From positions 9,166,722-9,230,721 of the forward strand of contig OZ037766.1 of the NCBI GenBank assembly GCA_964035545.1: a stretch of DNA of 64,000 nt. Direction: 5' to 3'. The translations under genes and the position numbers were made by a program. Under the pieces are notes generated by a model. It worked only from the letters and a program-made list of their open reading frames with translations. It had not been told where the DNA came from and did no database searches. Each line of letters starts with the position of its first letter. The first letter of the stretch is position 1. Origin of the DNA: Bugula neritina. Lineage: Eukaryota; Animalia; Bryozoa. Shown piece by piece: positions 25,801 to 38,420 of the stretch.

Positions 25801-28800
25801 ACTTTGTACATGAATAGATATATGAATTACTAAGAGTTTTTTCTCTACACAGGGTTGAGAAAGAAAAAGCTCAACTCAAATCTGAATTGGATGACCTTGC
25901 CGGACAACTGGAGATGATGGGTCGCAGCAAGGTAAGCTTTCAAGCAGGAATGTGCTTTTGCAATCAAATCTTTTACAGCTATTTGTGTTTGCTCAAATAA
26001 CCAGTAAATTTATAAGTTGTAGACTACAGGTATATTAATTCAACATTGACACTAGGATAGCCATGAAATTAATTAACTTCTAATACTAAAATGTTGTATT
26101 TAACAGAGTAATGCTGAAAAGCTTGCCAAGTCTCTGGAAGCCCAACTGTCAGAGTTGCAATCTCGATTGGATGAACAAGGACGCCAGATAGTTGACTTGA
26201 ACAGCAGCAAGAGCCGCATGGGTCAAGAAAACCAGGATCTGTCCAGACAGCTTGAGGAGGCTGAGCACTCAGTCGGAGCTCTCACCAAACTCAAGGCTAA
26301 GCTGCAGTCTGAACTAGAAGAACTCAAGCGTAGTCTTGAGGATGAGACCCGCATGAGATCCAAACTTAGTAACGAAGTACGTAACCTGCAAGCTGATAAT
26401 GACACTCTCAGAGATCAAGTTGAGGAAGAGAGTGAAGGCAAAGCTGAAGTGCAAAGACACATGGCTAAAGTTCAGGGAGAGTTGGCATCATTGAGGGCTA
26501 AGATCAATAGTGGTGAATTCGGAAGTGGTGAAGCCAGTGAAGAAATGAAGAGGAAGATGGCAGCACGCGTTGCTGATATGGAGGCTCAACTGGAACAGGC
26601 AAATGCTAAATGCAGCAGTCTGGAGAAGGTCAAGAACCGATTAACCATTGAGATTGAAGATTTGATGGTAGAAGTGGAGCGCGCAAATTCTGCAGCCTCT
26701 GCATTGGAGAAAAGAGAGAAGCAATTTGATCGTACGTTGCAAGAATGGCAAGCAAAGTACCGTGATGCTCAAGCAGAACTTGAAGCTTCTCAGCGTGAAG
26801 CTCGAGGCTACTCCACCGAAGTATTCAGATACAGGTCGCAGATTGATGAGATTAATGATGTTGTTGAGTCTCTTCGAAGAGAAAACAAGAACTTGAATGA
26901 GGAAATTCATGACATCACTGATCAGTTGAGTGAAGGAGGACGCAATACTCATGAACTAGACAAGGCCAGGCGAAGATTGGAGAAAGAAAAGGAAGAGCTT
27001 CAATCTGCCTTGGAAGAAGCTGAGGCAGCGCTTGAACAAGAAGAGGCCAAGGTCATGAGGTTCCAACTTGAGCTCAGTTCTGTTAGATCTGAAATTGAGA
27101 AAAGAATCTCAGAAAAGGAAGAAGAATTTGATAACACCAGACGTAATCATGCCCGTACTCTGGAGTCAATGCAAGTTACTCTAGATGCTGAATCTAAGGG
27201 AAGGTCTGAAACACTCAGGCTGAAGAAGAAACTGGAACAAGACATCAATGAACTTGAAGTTGCTCTTGATGTGGCCAACAGAGGACGGGCAGATGCAGAG
27301 AAATCTGCCAAGAAATATCAAATCGATCTTCGAGATATCCAATCTTCATTGGAGGAAGAAGTTAGACAGAGAGATGACTTGCGTGAGCAACATGCTCTTT
27401 CAGAGCGAAGATGCACCATGCTCAACGGAGAGATTGAAGAGATGAGAACCTTGCTGGAGCAGGCTGAAAGAGGCCGCAAATCTGCAGAAGGTGAGCTTCT
27501 TGAAGCCGCTGACCGTGTGAATGAGCTGTCGGCATCTAATGCTCATGCCAACGCTCAGAAGAGGAAACTTGAGGGTGATCTGTCTTCTCTCAACTCCGAC
27601 CTGGAAGAGGCTAGCAATGAGCTGAGAGCGGCTGAGGATAGAGCCAAGAAAGCTGCTCAAGATGCAGCTCGTCTTGCTGAGGAACTTAGAGCTGAGCAAG
27701 ACCACAGCATGCACTTGGAAAAAATGCGCAAACAGTTGGATATGCAACAGAAAGAATTGCAAACCCGTCTGGATGATGCTGAAGCTAATGCTTTGAGAGG
27801 CGGTAAACGTGCTCTAGCTAAGTTGGAGGAGAGAGTCAGATATTTGGAAGCCGAACTCGATGGTGAACAGCGACGACACCAAGAAGAAATCAAAGTATCT
27901 AGAAAAACCGAGAGACGTCTCAAGGAGTTGCAAATGGCTGCTGATGAGGACAAAAAGAGCCAAGAAAGACTCACTGAACTTATTGACAAGTTGCAGAAGA
28001 AGATCCAAGTTTACAAACGTCAAGTTGAAGAAGCTGTAAGTTGGACAATACTTCTGTCTATACTTATATACTACTTGCAGTTGTGCATTTACTGAATGAT
28101 TAAGTGTGCTACTGCTTTATAACTGTTGATATCTGTAGTGGGATAATTTAGATTGCGTTGCATTGCTTCTAAACAATCAGAAATAGTTTAATTTCACCAC
28201 ATATTAGCTTAGCTATGAATTAAATTTGCTCTAACTTGATGATCGACTCTCTTGTGAAATTATAGGAGGAGATTGCTGCTGTCAACCTTGCTAAGTACCG
28301 CAAGGTACAGCACGAGCTTGAAGAAGCAGAGAACCGAGCTGATGAGGCAGAAAACAGTGTTGCCAAACTTCGCAGCAAAAGCCGCAGCAGCATGAGCCAA
28401 TCACGAACAGTTTCTGGTGGTGGTCCAGGAGTAAGTGTTTTAGTTAAAAACATTATATTCACTATGCCATAATCATAAATATCAAGTTTTGAGTAATAGA
28501 AAACCTTCCTTATGATAGCAAATGCCTTACGCTAAACATTGTGTTGTTAGAGCTCTGTGGTGATTAAAACAACCCGAAAAGTTGTCAGCAGCTCTACTAC
28601 TGAGCAATAAATGAAGTGTAAGTTTTCTTGTCAACTGTTGGTCTTACTGCTTTAGAAATGTGTCCTTGTGCCTAGCATGTAAATGTAGCTTTGCAAGCTG
28701 TCAATCTCTTGCAATTCATGTTTTATTTCTACTGGCTAGCCAGCACTTCATACATTTGTTCATTATTTACAGTTCTAAATCATACTTGGGTATGTTGGTA

Positions 28801-29183
28801 TTGAGTGTTAGTAGGTATTGCTGCATGTTATCATTCCCTTCCCAGAAGTACTTATAGTCTGCATCACTAAATATTATTATATTATTCCACATATTACTTT
28901 TTTTTTAAAATATGAAACTTTGACTCGCTTTCTTTTTTAAATATTAACTCACACCATAAGCTTACTTTGTTATGTGTGGCTAAGCATGCAAATAACCAAC
29001 AATGACATTTCAGATTAAATAGAATAATATAGTATATACAATTATCAAACTCTTTTGCATTTTGTAACTGTTACATATAAATTGTTATTTCAGTATGCTA
29101 GTGGTTACTCCAGCTCCAAGTATAGCCAAAATTCACGAACTGCTTCACAAGCTGAGTATGATGGAGAAAGTCAACAGGAATAA
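16828..29183 (+). CDS. Mhc: Striated-muscle myosin II heavy chain (about 1949 or 1959 aa depending on tail exon)
   Basis: Exons 16828-17025, 17442-17585, 19006-19190, 19608-19800, 20841-21257, 21383-21640, 21810-21980, 22123-23625, 23763-23999, 25026-25169, 25374-25540, 25853-25931, 26107-28035 and 28266-28430, then 28551-28610 or 29094-29183; all phases consistent. [43 protein letters not shown] and the coiled-coil rod are present. Confidence 0.97.
24536..24892 (+). CDS. Alternative first exon of a headless catchin/myorod-like myosin isoform (119 aa unique N-terminus)
   Basis: ATG at 24536, open for 119 codons ([16 protein letters not shown]...PQVNRNLLE). Phase-0 donor GTAAAT at 24893 matches the phase-0 acceptor at 25026 ([14 protein letters not shown]). 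About 16 CpG against almost none in the distal flanking intron sequence. Confidence 0.72.
28551..28610 (+). CDS. Myosin alternative terminal exon A ([19 protein letters not shown])
   Basis: Acceptor gttag, phase 0 after GGGPG, AATAAA overlapping the stop. Confidence 0.7.
   Translation, partial: SSVVIKTTRKVVSSSTTEQ
29094..29183 (+). CDS. Myosin alternative terminal exon B ([29 protein letters not shown])
   Basis: Acceptor ttatttcag, phase 0, Ser-rich/acidic tailpiece. AATAAA overlaps the stop and recurs near 29309. Confidence 0.75.
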   Translation, partial: YASGYSSSKYSQNSRTASQAEYDGESQQE

Positions 29184-29791
29184 ATATTTTATTCAAGCCA
29201 ACCTTTGTGTCCTCAAATACAGAAACACTCATTTATCTATACTAGTATTTCAATCAAATGATACAGGATGCCCGACCTGTGCATTATTGAATTCTGTGTT
29301 ATAGATAAAATAAAGGCACACACTATTTATATATGTTTTAGTTTTTTGTCTTGGTTTCATTGTTTGAAGAAAATTAGAATAATTATGATATTTTTTGTTA
29401 TAGTTCAGCTTTTGTACTTTTAGTAGTAAAAGAGTGTGACCACTGCATATCTTTATCTTCTTTATTAGATAAAAATAAATTGATTAACAATAATAATTAT
29501 CAATCATTTGTACTTTGTTCAGTAACTCAAAATACATAAAAAACATCATAGTGATATGATAAAAGATAACTTGATAAGCATTGTAGGTCGCAGTATACTT
29601 TTAACCAAAATAGAATATTCCAAATCAAGTAAAACCTTTGAAAAATCGGAAGGGGTACATAAATTATTATATATCTATTAGATTATAGTTTTCATTGAAA
29701 TAAAATGTATGAAAATAATGCATATTTAGTAACATAAGTAATGTAATTGATGAAGTATGCTTGGGTGAACAAGTAAGAGCAACAAGAAAGA

Positions 29792-32767
29792 TTAATTCAC
29801 CTCTCCAAACGCTGGTTGGGCCTGTGCTTGCGGGACCAAAAGCTCAGCAGGCAGTGGGGGTGCATCAGGAGTGGTGACTTCAAATTGCATCAGATCTTCC
29901 TGTTCTTGTCCTGTGCTAATCTCAACAAGGATGGCTTCAGGAATCACTCTCGCAGTTTCCTGCTGCACAACTGAAACGGTTCCTGGAGTATCCTGTTCTA
30001 CAGCCGGAAGCGTACGAATTCTAGATGAAGGTGCATCATGATAGAAGACAAAACCATTATATGACGGTTCTTGTGAAATTTGATGAAAGTTTGACGCAGG
30101 ATGATATGACTCAGAGGCAGCAGCCTGCGACAGCGATCTCACACTGTGGTATGGGGGCGGAGGGTCGTGCTGTATTTGAGACCCTGATGGGGGTGGCAAC
30201 CTACTCTGTTGTTGATTGGGTGGTGGTTGACTAAAGATATCTCTTGTTTCTTCTTGGCGTAAGATCGGGGTTGTGTCGCCAATAGCACCATAGCTTCTTG
30301 TGACCGAATAACCTGAGCAGAATTTTACAGTAATATAATATTATATATGACTATATATGGAGACGATGTGAACCAACCACTTTTTGTACTCTTGAGTTCA
30401 TACAATGTTAAAGAGCAGAGATAATGAAAAACGAATGATGTTATCAACATTCATGATAAGCAGTAAACTGTTCAACATGGCAGCTAAATGCAAACAAAGT
30501 AAATTTATTCGAAATTTTGTGGTTTATTATATAATTTAAAATATTCACAAACGATCTTAAATTTTCAGCATGTACAATAAAAACTATGCATTAGAAATCT
30601 ACCTTCTTTGCGGAGTTGTCTTATAATTCTCTCTTGCCGCTCACTTCGAGCTCTCTCCTTGTCTGAACAGCAGCAGCAATAACAGGCAACACATAGCAAA
30701 GTCAATACAGTGACACCACCCAAACACAGGGCTATAACTCCACAAGCGAATGAGAGCGGATAATCTATAAGCAAAAATAGAGCTGTCCATTAATGATTCC
30801 AACAGAGTATTTCAACTAACTCACAAATTTTACATTACCAACTGTTAAACTCATTATTATATTCAATACCAGACTTCAACACCCTTTGATAATTTCATCT
30901 TGGAAAAACCAATCTTTTTATTCCAGATTATTTTTTAATAAATCATAGAATTTCGGAACAATCAAATACATAATAATCATTGGTCGACATTTTGAGCTAG
31001 AATGGAAATAATCTTTAACCAGTTCAACAAAATTCTTTATGACTTCAAAGTTTATTATATAGTATAACTATTATTAACAAACTAAACTTGAAGGTACCTG
31101 TTATTGGACCATCAGCTGATTTCACGGTGAAATGAATAGCCCATGGCCAAGCATCTCCAACATTACCATTAATTATCACCATCGTCAGTCTGTTTGTCTG
31201 CAGCGTTTTACTATCTGAAATGTCTCCAACCATATCGCCAGAAGTAACCGAAGTAAAGTTCTTTAGCTACAACAAGAGTCACATGATGTTGGTTTTTATA
31301 GCCGAGTAGTAGGTCGTATATAGGACAACTTGGCGACAAGATGATGTCTTATCTCGCAGCTATTACAATCAACAGAGCCATTGTGTCATCATTCACAGTG
31401 TATTTTTATAAAGTTGAATGATAACTATGAGTAAGCAGCTGTGGTTTAGGGTGCTATTTATTGAGACGCATGTTGTTCAAGGATGGCAGGCTAGACCCTA
31501 TTGCTAATGTCAGTCGAAACATCTGTCTATAACTGCTTTTGTGCTACTTTGATGTTTGCAATACGGCTTGAGACAGAGTGTATAGCCCGGCTAAAAACCC
31601 TTGCAATTAGGGGTTCTCACATGGATTGAGACTATAAAACAGGTCCAGGAATGATAAGAATCATGGTCTATAGTCATGATAACACTGGAATGACTAGATG
31701 AACCAGTTGACATACAAATTATGACTCTCTAGTCTCTAGTTATATTAACATTATAACAAGAATGAAGTAAACCACTTACATCATCTTAGCAGAAAGAATG
31801 CAACTAAAATGTATCAAATAATGGGACAAACCCTGATAACTTCAATGACATACATTTATGCAACATATAACATATTTGTAAGCATTGATTTAATTGGTTG
31901 TAGAAAAAATGTAAACACCCTGATTGAAAAAAATACTTACCCAATGCATTGGTCTGATCAAGTTTGTTGTTAGAGAAAAATATTAAGATAGTTCGGTATG
32001 TTAGCATGTTCTGACTATTTGGAAACTTCCAATACGAGTACCCAAGTAGTTATCAAATTAAAGGTAACTTGAATGCTTTTATTTTCAAACATATTTAATT
32101 AGAATAAACTACTTTTTAATGAAGCATAAATTACACAAGATAGTAATATGAAAATAGAAACTAACCAGCACACGGTTAGATGACGTATCATCTGCATACA
32201 TCAGGATAGAAGTAATGTGGGAGTTTATATAACTTTTAAATCCATCACTCTCAGAAAACTTAAACACAATATTAGCAAATTTATCTGCTGTGGAAAACGT
32301 AACCATGCAGGTATCATTGAAAAAATGGAAAAGTGGCTGAGCCTTCACTTCAGTAACTTCATGGTTCAAAGGGAGAGTAAAGTCACTGGAGCAATCTTTT
32401 GACTTAAGATTAATGACTTGGACTAAAAAAGGAAGAAAACCATTAAGCTGAAAGATATGGTGAATATGATATTAACATTATAAATCAACATTATTTATTA
32501 ACAATATAATATTAGGTCTACATAAAATAACTGTAAAGACGCTTATAAAATATATATTTGCTGTCAACATTATACATACGAAGAAAACTAACAGAGCTAT
32601 AGCTATGGAATATCTATTTCAGGCTACATAAAGTATAATTCGCAGTTGCATTAATTAACTGGTTACTAAATAAGCATGTAGCAAATCTACTTTTTGTTAT
32701 TGCACCCACCTGCCCATGAGTTCCAAGCCAGTGATGCAACCAGACCAAGTATATAACAAGTTTTCAT
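29792..32767 (-). CDS. Uncharacterised type I single-pass membrane protein (about 427 aa) with Cys-rich juxtamembrane segment and PPxY tail
   Basis: Exons 32767-32710 (signal peptide MKTCYILGLVASLAWNSWA), 32422-32166, 32010-31941, 31667-31621, 31266-31098, 30764-30603 (TM ...GVTVLTLLCVACYCCCC) and 30312-29792 (PPPPY). Phases are consistent; the small middle exons are least certain. Confidence 0.7.
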
Positions 32768-33914
32768 ACTGAATCTAGTCTTTTTAAATCAAAATGAATA
32801 AATAACACCTACAGCAGAAATAAATATCAACTTTTAAAAACATTTGAGGAAAAATCAATGCATTACTTATGTTTATGGAATTTATCTATTAAAAATGCAA
32901 GCATGGCTTAAAATATTGTAATATTATTAATAAAAATAACTGATATTTTGATTTTTAACTACCTTTGTAAGTTTTGTGCCATATTCTTAACCTTGTATTT
33001 ACTTTCCACAAAGTGGCATGTATCTGATTACATAGTGCTCAAGTGCATGTGAACGTTTATTCTACAGGATTTACTGAAGTGATTAGTAAACAAACCTTGT
33101 AGCATAGGATGTAAAAATAATCATGAATATTGAACGAATCATCTTAAGGTAAATGAGCTAATAATGGCACAGTTCACATTGCTATACACAATGTATGATG
33201 CTATAATGATTTAAACTTTTTTGTAACTTATATACTATGGTGATGAGATCCTCAGAAAATAAATCATATGTTCTATAACCGAAGCAGCTTGCAGCAGTAC
33301 ATAGAACTGCATGTGTATTTAAACTTATATATTAGAGGTATATTGTGGAATTCATATTGAGTTTTTAATCAACCGAGCAATTGACCATTTTAAATGTTGT
33401 TCTGATGATACAATGTACAAGAGCACAATACACACAGTAAGGAAATTTGGGATATTATGGTTCAAACCCTACACCATGTTTCAACAAGTTATTACCAATA
33501 TTGTATAGAAATACAAACAAACGTCAACATGTTACTTGCAAGACTCAATTGCTGTGGAAACACTTGTATTGCAAAACACTAAACATATTTTTAACAAAAG
33601 AATTTTTTCAAATTCATAATAAAACACCAGTGGAGAGCTTCAAGTTTAGAACTTGAGCCATTTAAGTTTTACAATGAGAGCTTCCAATATCATATGCAGC
33701 TCTAAACATTATTTAAATATGGTATTATACTACAAATCCTCCCCTTGCTTTACCAACCAGCTCTGGCAACTCTAACCTTTGAATTGACCTTTACATCAAG
33801 GGTTTCAGTGACAGTTTGAATCAGTCAATCATACTCCATCACTATAAAACCAACCCCTGAACAGTCTCATCAAAAACAAGTTCAAGCCCTAGATTTAAGT
33901 AGGCAGTGATAAGT

Positions 33915-36520
33915 TACCTACTACTACTACTAGTAGTAGTACTATTAATAATATTATATTTTGATTGCTCATTAACTTCAAGTTTATTTTCATTCTTTCA
34001 CTTTCAGCAAGGTTGTGCAAGTAACAACCACAATCACAATAGCCAGTCATCTAATTCCATAGCCAATCATTGATTTTGAATGGGAAATTTCATATTTTTA
34101 CTTTGATTAACGATATTGATAAATTCATAAAAGTAAAAGCAAAACTAAAGGAGGCAACAGTCAAGTCGGTGATAGATTAGTAAATTTAATGTATTATCAT
34201 TATGTAATATTAATATAGTAATAGTAAAACAAAATGTAATATAATAGTTAAAGTTTAGTTACTTACTTAATTACTAATACTAATACGTCTAATAGTAATA
34301 GTAATTAATAATAAAAATTACTCTTAGCAATGCCAATTGAAATAAAAATACTCGGAAATATTAATAATAATATCATTTAAATTATTATTATATCCTTATA
34401 GTTATAGTTATAATAAAGTGATTATCATTATGATATTGCTTATAAACTAAAATAAATATAAAATAGATTAAATATTATCATTTTATTATGATTATCAATT
34501 TTACTTTCAGATCATTCAGTTTTACGATTTAATTTCCTTATAAATTATGATGAATGTGATTTTAATTAAATTTAATAATTCAACTCGATATTTCATATAT
34601 CAAGGTCATGATATTGATTGATGATTCAGGAAATCGCTAGAACTAGAAGCAGTGCGGGTGCCAAGTTAGGGATGACTGAGTGCAGCATCTGTAGAAACAT
34701 TTTTGTCCAAACTCCAAACTTGAGACCCGCGAATCACTGCAATGATTGACCACCAACTCAGTGCTGTTCGGTAGTTCAAGTTATTGGAAGATTTTTGGCT
34801 TTGAAATTATAGTAGCCATGATGATTAAGTGAACACAAACTTCTAGTTGTAACCTACAATCCAGGCTAATAATAATGATCACATGGTTGTGTTGATGTTT
34901 CCAGTGGCTTTTCATACGGTCATATGACGGAGAGAGTTCGAAATACGAAACCAAAGCTCCTGTAGACGACTGTAGAACTTAGGCTTTTATAATTAGATTG
35001 AAATGAAATAAGAATTGTTTTATAAACAGCTTCGAGCTGAGAGCACTAAACTCAAACTTTTCTAGTTCAATAACTGGGAGTGGATATTCAAAGTTTAAAG
35101 TTGGGGGTTTTGAGAAACCCCCAACTCCGAACTTGAATTATAAACTACTGCACTTAGTCACTCCCAACTTGGAGTTGCTTATAGAACAACTGAGCTTATC
35201 GATAATAACCAAATATTATTATATAATAATTATTATAATAATAAACTCTGGGTGTGGAGCTCACGAATTACTTTATAGAGTTGTCCTTTCTTAAATTGAG
35301 TTGCCTGATAACAATAGGAGTGATATAATATAGAGTTATCCTTAAATAATTCAAAGGAAAATAACTCTAAATTTAGTTTCTTTTGACGAGTTCTAATATA
35401 TCGTTTTATTTGGTTTCCAGGTTTCAGTACTACCACAACTTTGAGTACTTATAAATATAAGTAATGGATTTGAAAACCTTGCAGAAGTCTACGGGCGGTG
35501 AGAGAAGCATCAGCTGCTAGTTTCACTTTGGTAACGCCTTGAATTTAACTATCGAACTTGGTAAATTTTCATTTTAATACCATAATCACAATGACCAAAA
35601 TATTTATACTAGATTTAATAATAATATTAATAATATAATCACTTTATCAGTTTATGATCATGATGATATTCAATTTCATATTGATTCATTAATTTTAAAA
35701 GATCTGTTAGTGTTAATACAATAAATATAATACTTTAATATTAATACTAATAGTAATACTACTAGCTTCAGTATCACTAATCACTAATCAGTAACACTAA
35801 CTCGACTGTAATGCTCAGTCATAGTCATACTCTTATTAGTTATTACTATTAGTATTATCATATGAATCTTGTACTTGTACTCTTGTAGTGATATACCATT
35901 CACTAATTAAGTTTTTATTTTCTTTTATGTTGTTTCAAGTATTATCTCAACTAAAGTTTTACTAGTTATTTACTATTGGGTTTAGTCATCACCTTAGGCT
36001 TATCATTGTAGCGACCAAATGAAAACATGATAAACGAAAATATAAAGCAAATAACACTTACCTCTTATTTGTTTAAAAACAATTTTTATGACTGTGATTA
36101 TTATCAGAATCATTAATTTTAACTTTAAGTGATAATTAGACTAAGTAAAACAATATTTCATTGATGATTATAAGTTTAGTCATTGTACCTAGTTATAATT
36201 ATCAGTAATTTTATATTAGTCGCTACTATCACCATGTCAACTTGAGGGTAGAACTAGTTTTAAAATAATGCTATGTAGATTATTATGATTTTAGTGTGTG
36301 AATTTTGTTTGTTATAATCAATGATGGAATGATCATGATGGTTATGGTTATGCTTCCCATTGTAATTATTAAATATGATTTAATGATAGCAAAGTTTCAT
36401 AATTGAATTAAATGCATGAAATAGTACAATTATCATAAAGTCATATACAAATTATACAGAAGAAAGATGTTGATGTCATTCATTATTAAAAGCATCAATA
36501 CCGGCATAGCTAAAGAATAA
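33915..36520. promoter_or_regulatory. Putative bidirectional promoter region: CpG-containing core (about 34620-35560) between two triplet-periodic AT tracts
   Basis: Lies between the divergent 5' ends of the minus-strand TM gene and ZnT1. Candidate non-coding exon donor G|GTAAAT at 35561. One MRE core, GAGTGCA (34678-34684). Confidence 0.4.
35099..35126. repeat. 12-bp perfect hairpin within a longer imperfect palindrome
   Basis: AGTTGGGGGTTT-tgag-AAACCCCCAACT. Outer TGGGAGTG/CACTCCCA arms near 35075 and 35159. Confidence 0.75.
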
Positions 36521-36679
36521 TATTGTTATTAGATGATTGTTTTGTTTCATTATTTATTTGCTAAAGTGTGACTCTTACCAATCGTTATTATACTGATTTT
36601 TTATATGTCAAAATAATTAGGCTTAAGTCCTACTTTTGTGAATTCCACTGGTTGCATTACAGCTTTTTGCTTGTGGACT

Positions 36680-36800
36680 CTCCTATCAACAATCTAGTTC
36701 TACTACGTTGGAAAGAATAGAACTTTTGTTCAGATATGAGCTGATCTTAGTGCGGCTGTCTGTTGGGTCAATGGGTATTTTTTCTCAGCTGTTCCAATTA
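36680..36800 (-). mobile_element. Older copy of the REL-type retrotransposon 3' end seen at 11485-11709
   Basis: Shares tagttc.acta, gagctgatc.tagt..ggctgtctg.tg, and tgggtatt...tcagct with the first copy. Confidence 0.6.
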
Positions 36801-37136
36801 GGGCTATTAAATGTAGTCTTGCATGTGGACCAAAGGGCTTCAATTACTAGTGTGACTTATTTTAAAAAGTTTCTAAAAGCAGGTGAGCTCTGGTGTCAGA
36901 TCCTTGTATTTTACTAACTTTTTTTATTTCTTTTTATCCAGTAGTCACCAGGGACAGCTATATCAATAATCATTGTTTCTGCATTATGCTTGTTCACTAT
37001 CACTATGCCTCTATACTTTTCATTATGGGACCGGTGTCATCTAAATGAAACCATGACCTATAAGCAAAAATTCATTCCAATAAAATAACTGTTTAAATTC
37101 ATTCAACGTACAGGAACAAGGGACTTGATTATAGTC

Positions 37137-37418
37137 CAGGGGTGTCCAACCTTTTCAGAGAGAGGGCCACTAAAAGAGAATATTCCAGTGGCTAGGGCTA
37201 CATTGTAAACTTTAGCTTGTTCCAAATTCTTATTAATCATTGCACAATGAAGTTTCAATAATTCATGCAGACTGCTGTTTTGTAGCATGTGTATAAATAA
37301 GATATATTTTAAAAGCTTGTTTTTTACTCGAATCCGTGTATACAGTGAAAAATAATTTTAATTTTATGCCGTTGCGGGCCACATAAATGTAGGCTGGGCC
37401 TGCCTGTCGACAGCCCTG
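37137..37418. mobile_element. hAT (Charlie-like) non-autonomous element with perfect 8-bp TSD
   Basis: TSD TTATAGTC at 37129-37136 and 37419-37426. Termini CAGGGGTGTCCAAC and TGTCGACAGCCCTG; internal GGGCCAC motifs. Confidence 0.88.
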
Positions 37419-38420
37419 TTATAGTCAAAGAAAATGTTTGGTAACTGGGACAGGGCTCAGCAATTTTGGTAGCTAATTGTTACAAAGTATAAACAATATT
37501 TATAAGTATCTGTTGTAAATTGTGCATATTAAGTTATGACAATTTTTGTTCAATTATTTTATTTATCTTGGCTGCTATTATTTCAGATAATTAGTAGTCA
37601 TCTTGAATCTTTATTCTGTAAGCTAAAGCATAACAAAGCTATTTTTATTTTGAAAACTGTTTATAAACCTTTATTTTTACATAATATAAATATGTTTAGG
37701 TTTTCATTAGTTTATTCTTGTTATAAATTTAAAAAGTACAACTCCGTGCTTTTCTGTTCAATAATTTATATTTAGCGAAAACCAAAGCAGAGTGAGTGAA
37801 GTGTTAACACTGAATCAATATTGACCGCGTTTGTTTACATTAAGGTGCAACAACCCTTTTTCTTTTCAAAATTAAAGCAGTGGGGTCTTTTTGAGTACTG
37901 TAGTTGTAGCTGTAAATTAGAACAAGCCAGATCTAGTCTTAATGAAATTTCTTTATCAGATGCATGTATATTACAACCCCAGGGCGCGCCTTGTTAGCAA
38001 GATTAAATTGTTTTGTCTATTTAGCTTCTGTATTTAAGGAAAACAAAATTTGCTGATACAAATGCTATTTATTTTTGGTTGCATTTACTGTAGTGTTCAT
38101 TTAATTATTCAGCATATTATTATTAAGATCAACAGGTTGAATTTATTTGAACAATGTTCCAGTTTTATCGTTATACCCATCTACATTGTATTCGAAAGCA
38201 AAGAAGTTTATCAAAATAATTATTTATTATTAATTATAGTTTATTGACATTGCTTATTTTCATTCTTGCTTCTGTTGTTGGAGTATAAATGTTATTAGGT
38301 TCAAATATTTTAGATATATGCAACTTGAATATTTAGGTTGTATGCTTTATTTTTTAAAGTTAATAAAGATTATAATCATGTTGTAGAATGCATTACTGAT
38401 TGGGTACTCTAGCAGTCAGA

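Noticed and set aside
22567-28462. Numerous antisense and off-frame ORFs over myosin exons
   Set aside because: Shadow frames of coiled-coil coding sequence.
31780-31832. Extra exon of the minus-strand TM gene (strong GTAAG donor)
   Set aside because: Every phase compatible with the neighbouring exons contains a stop.
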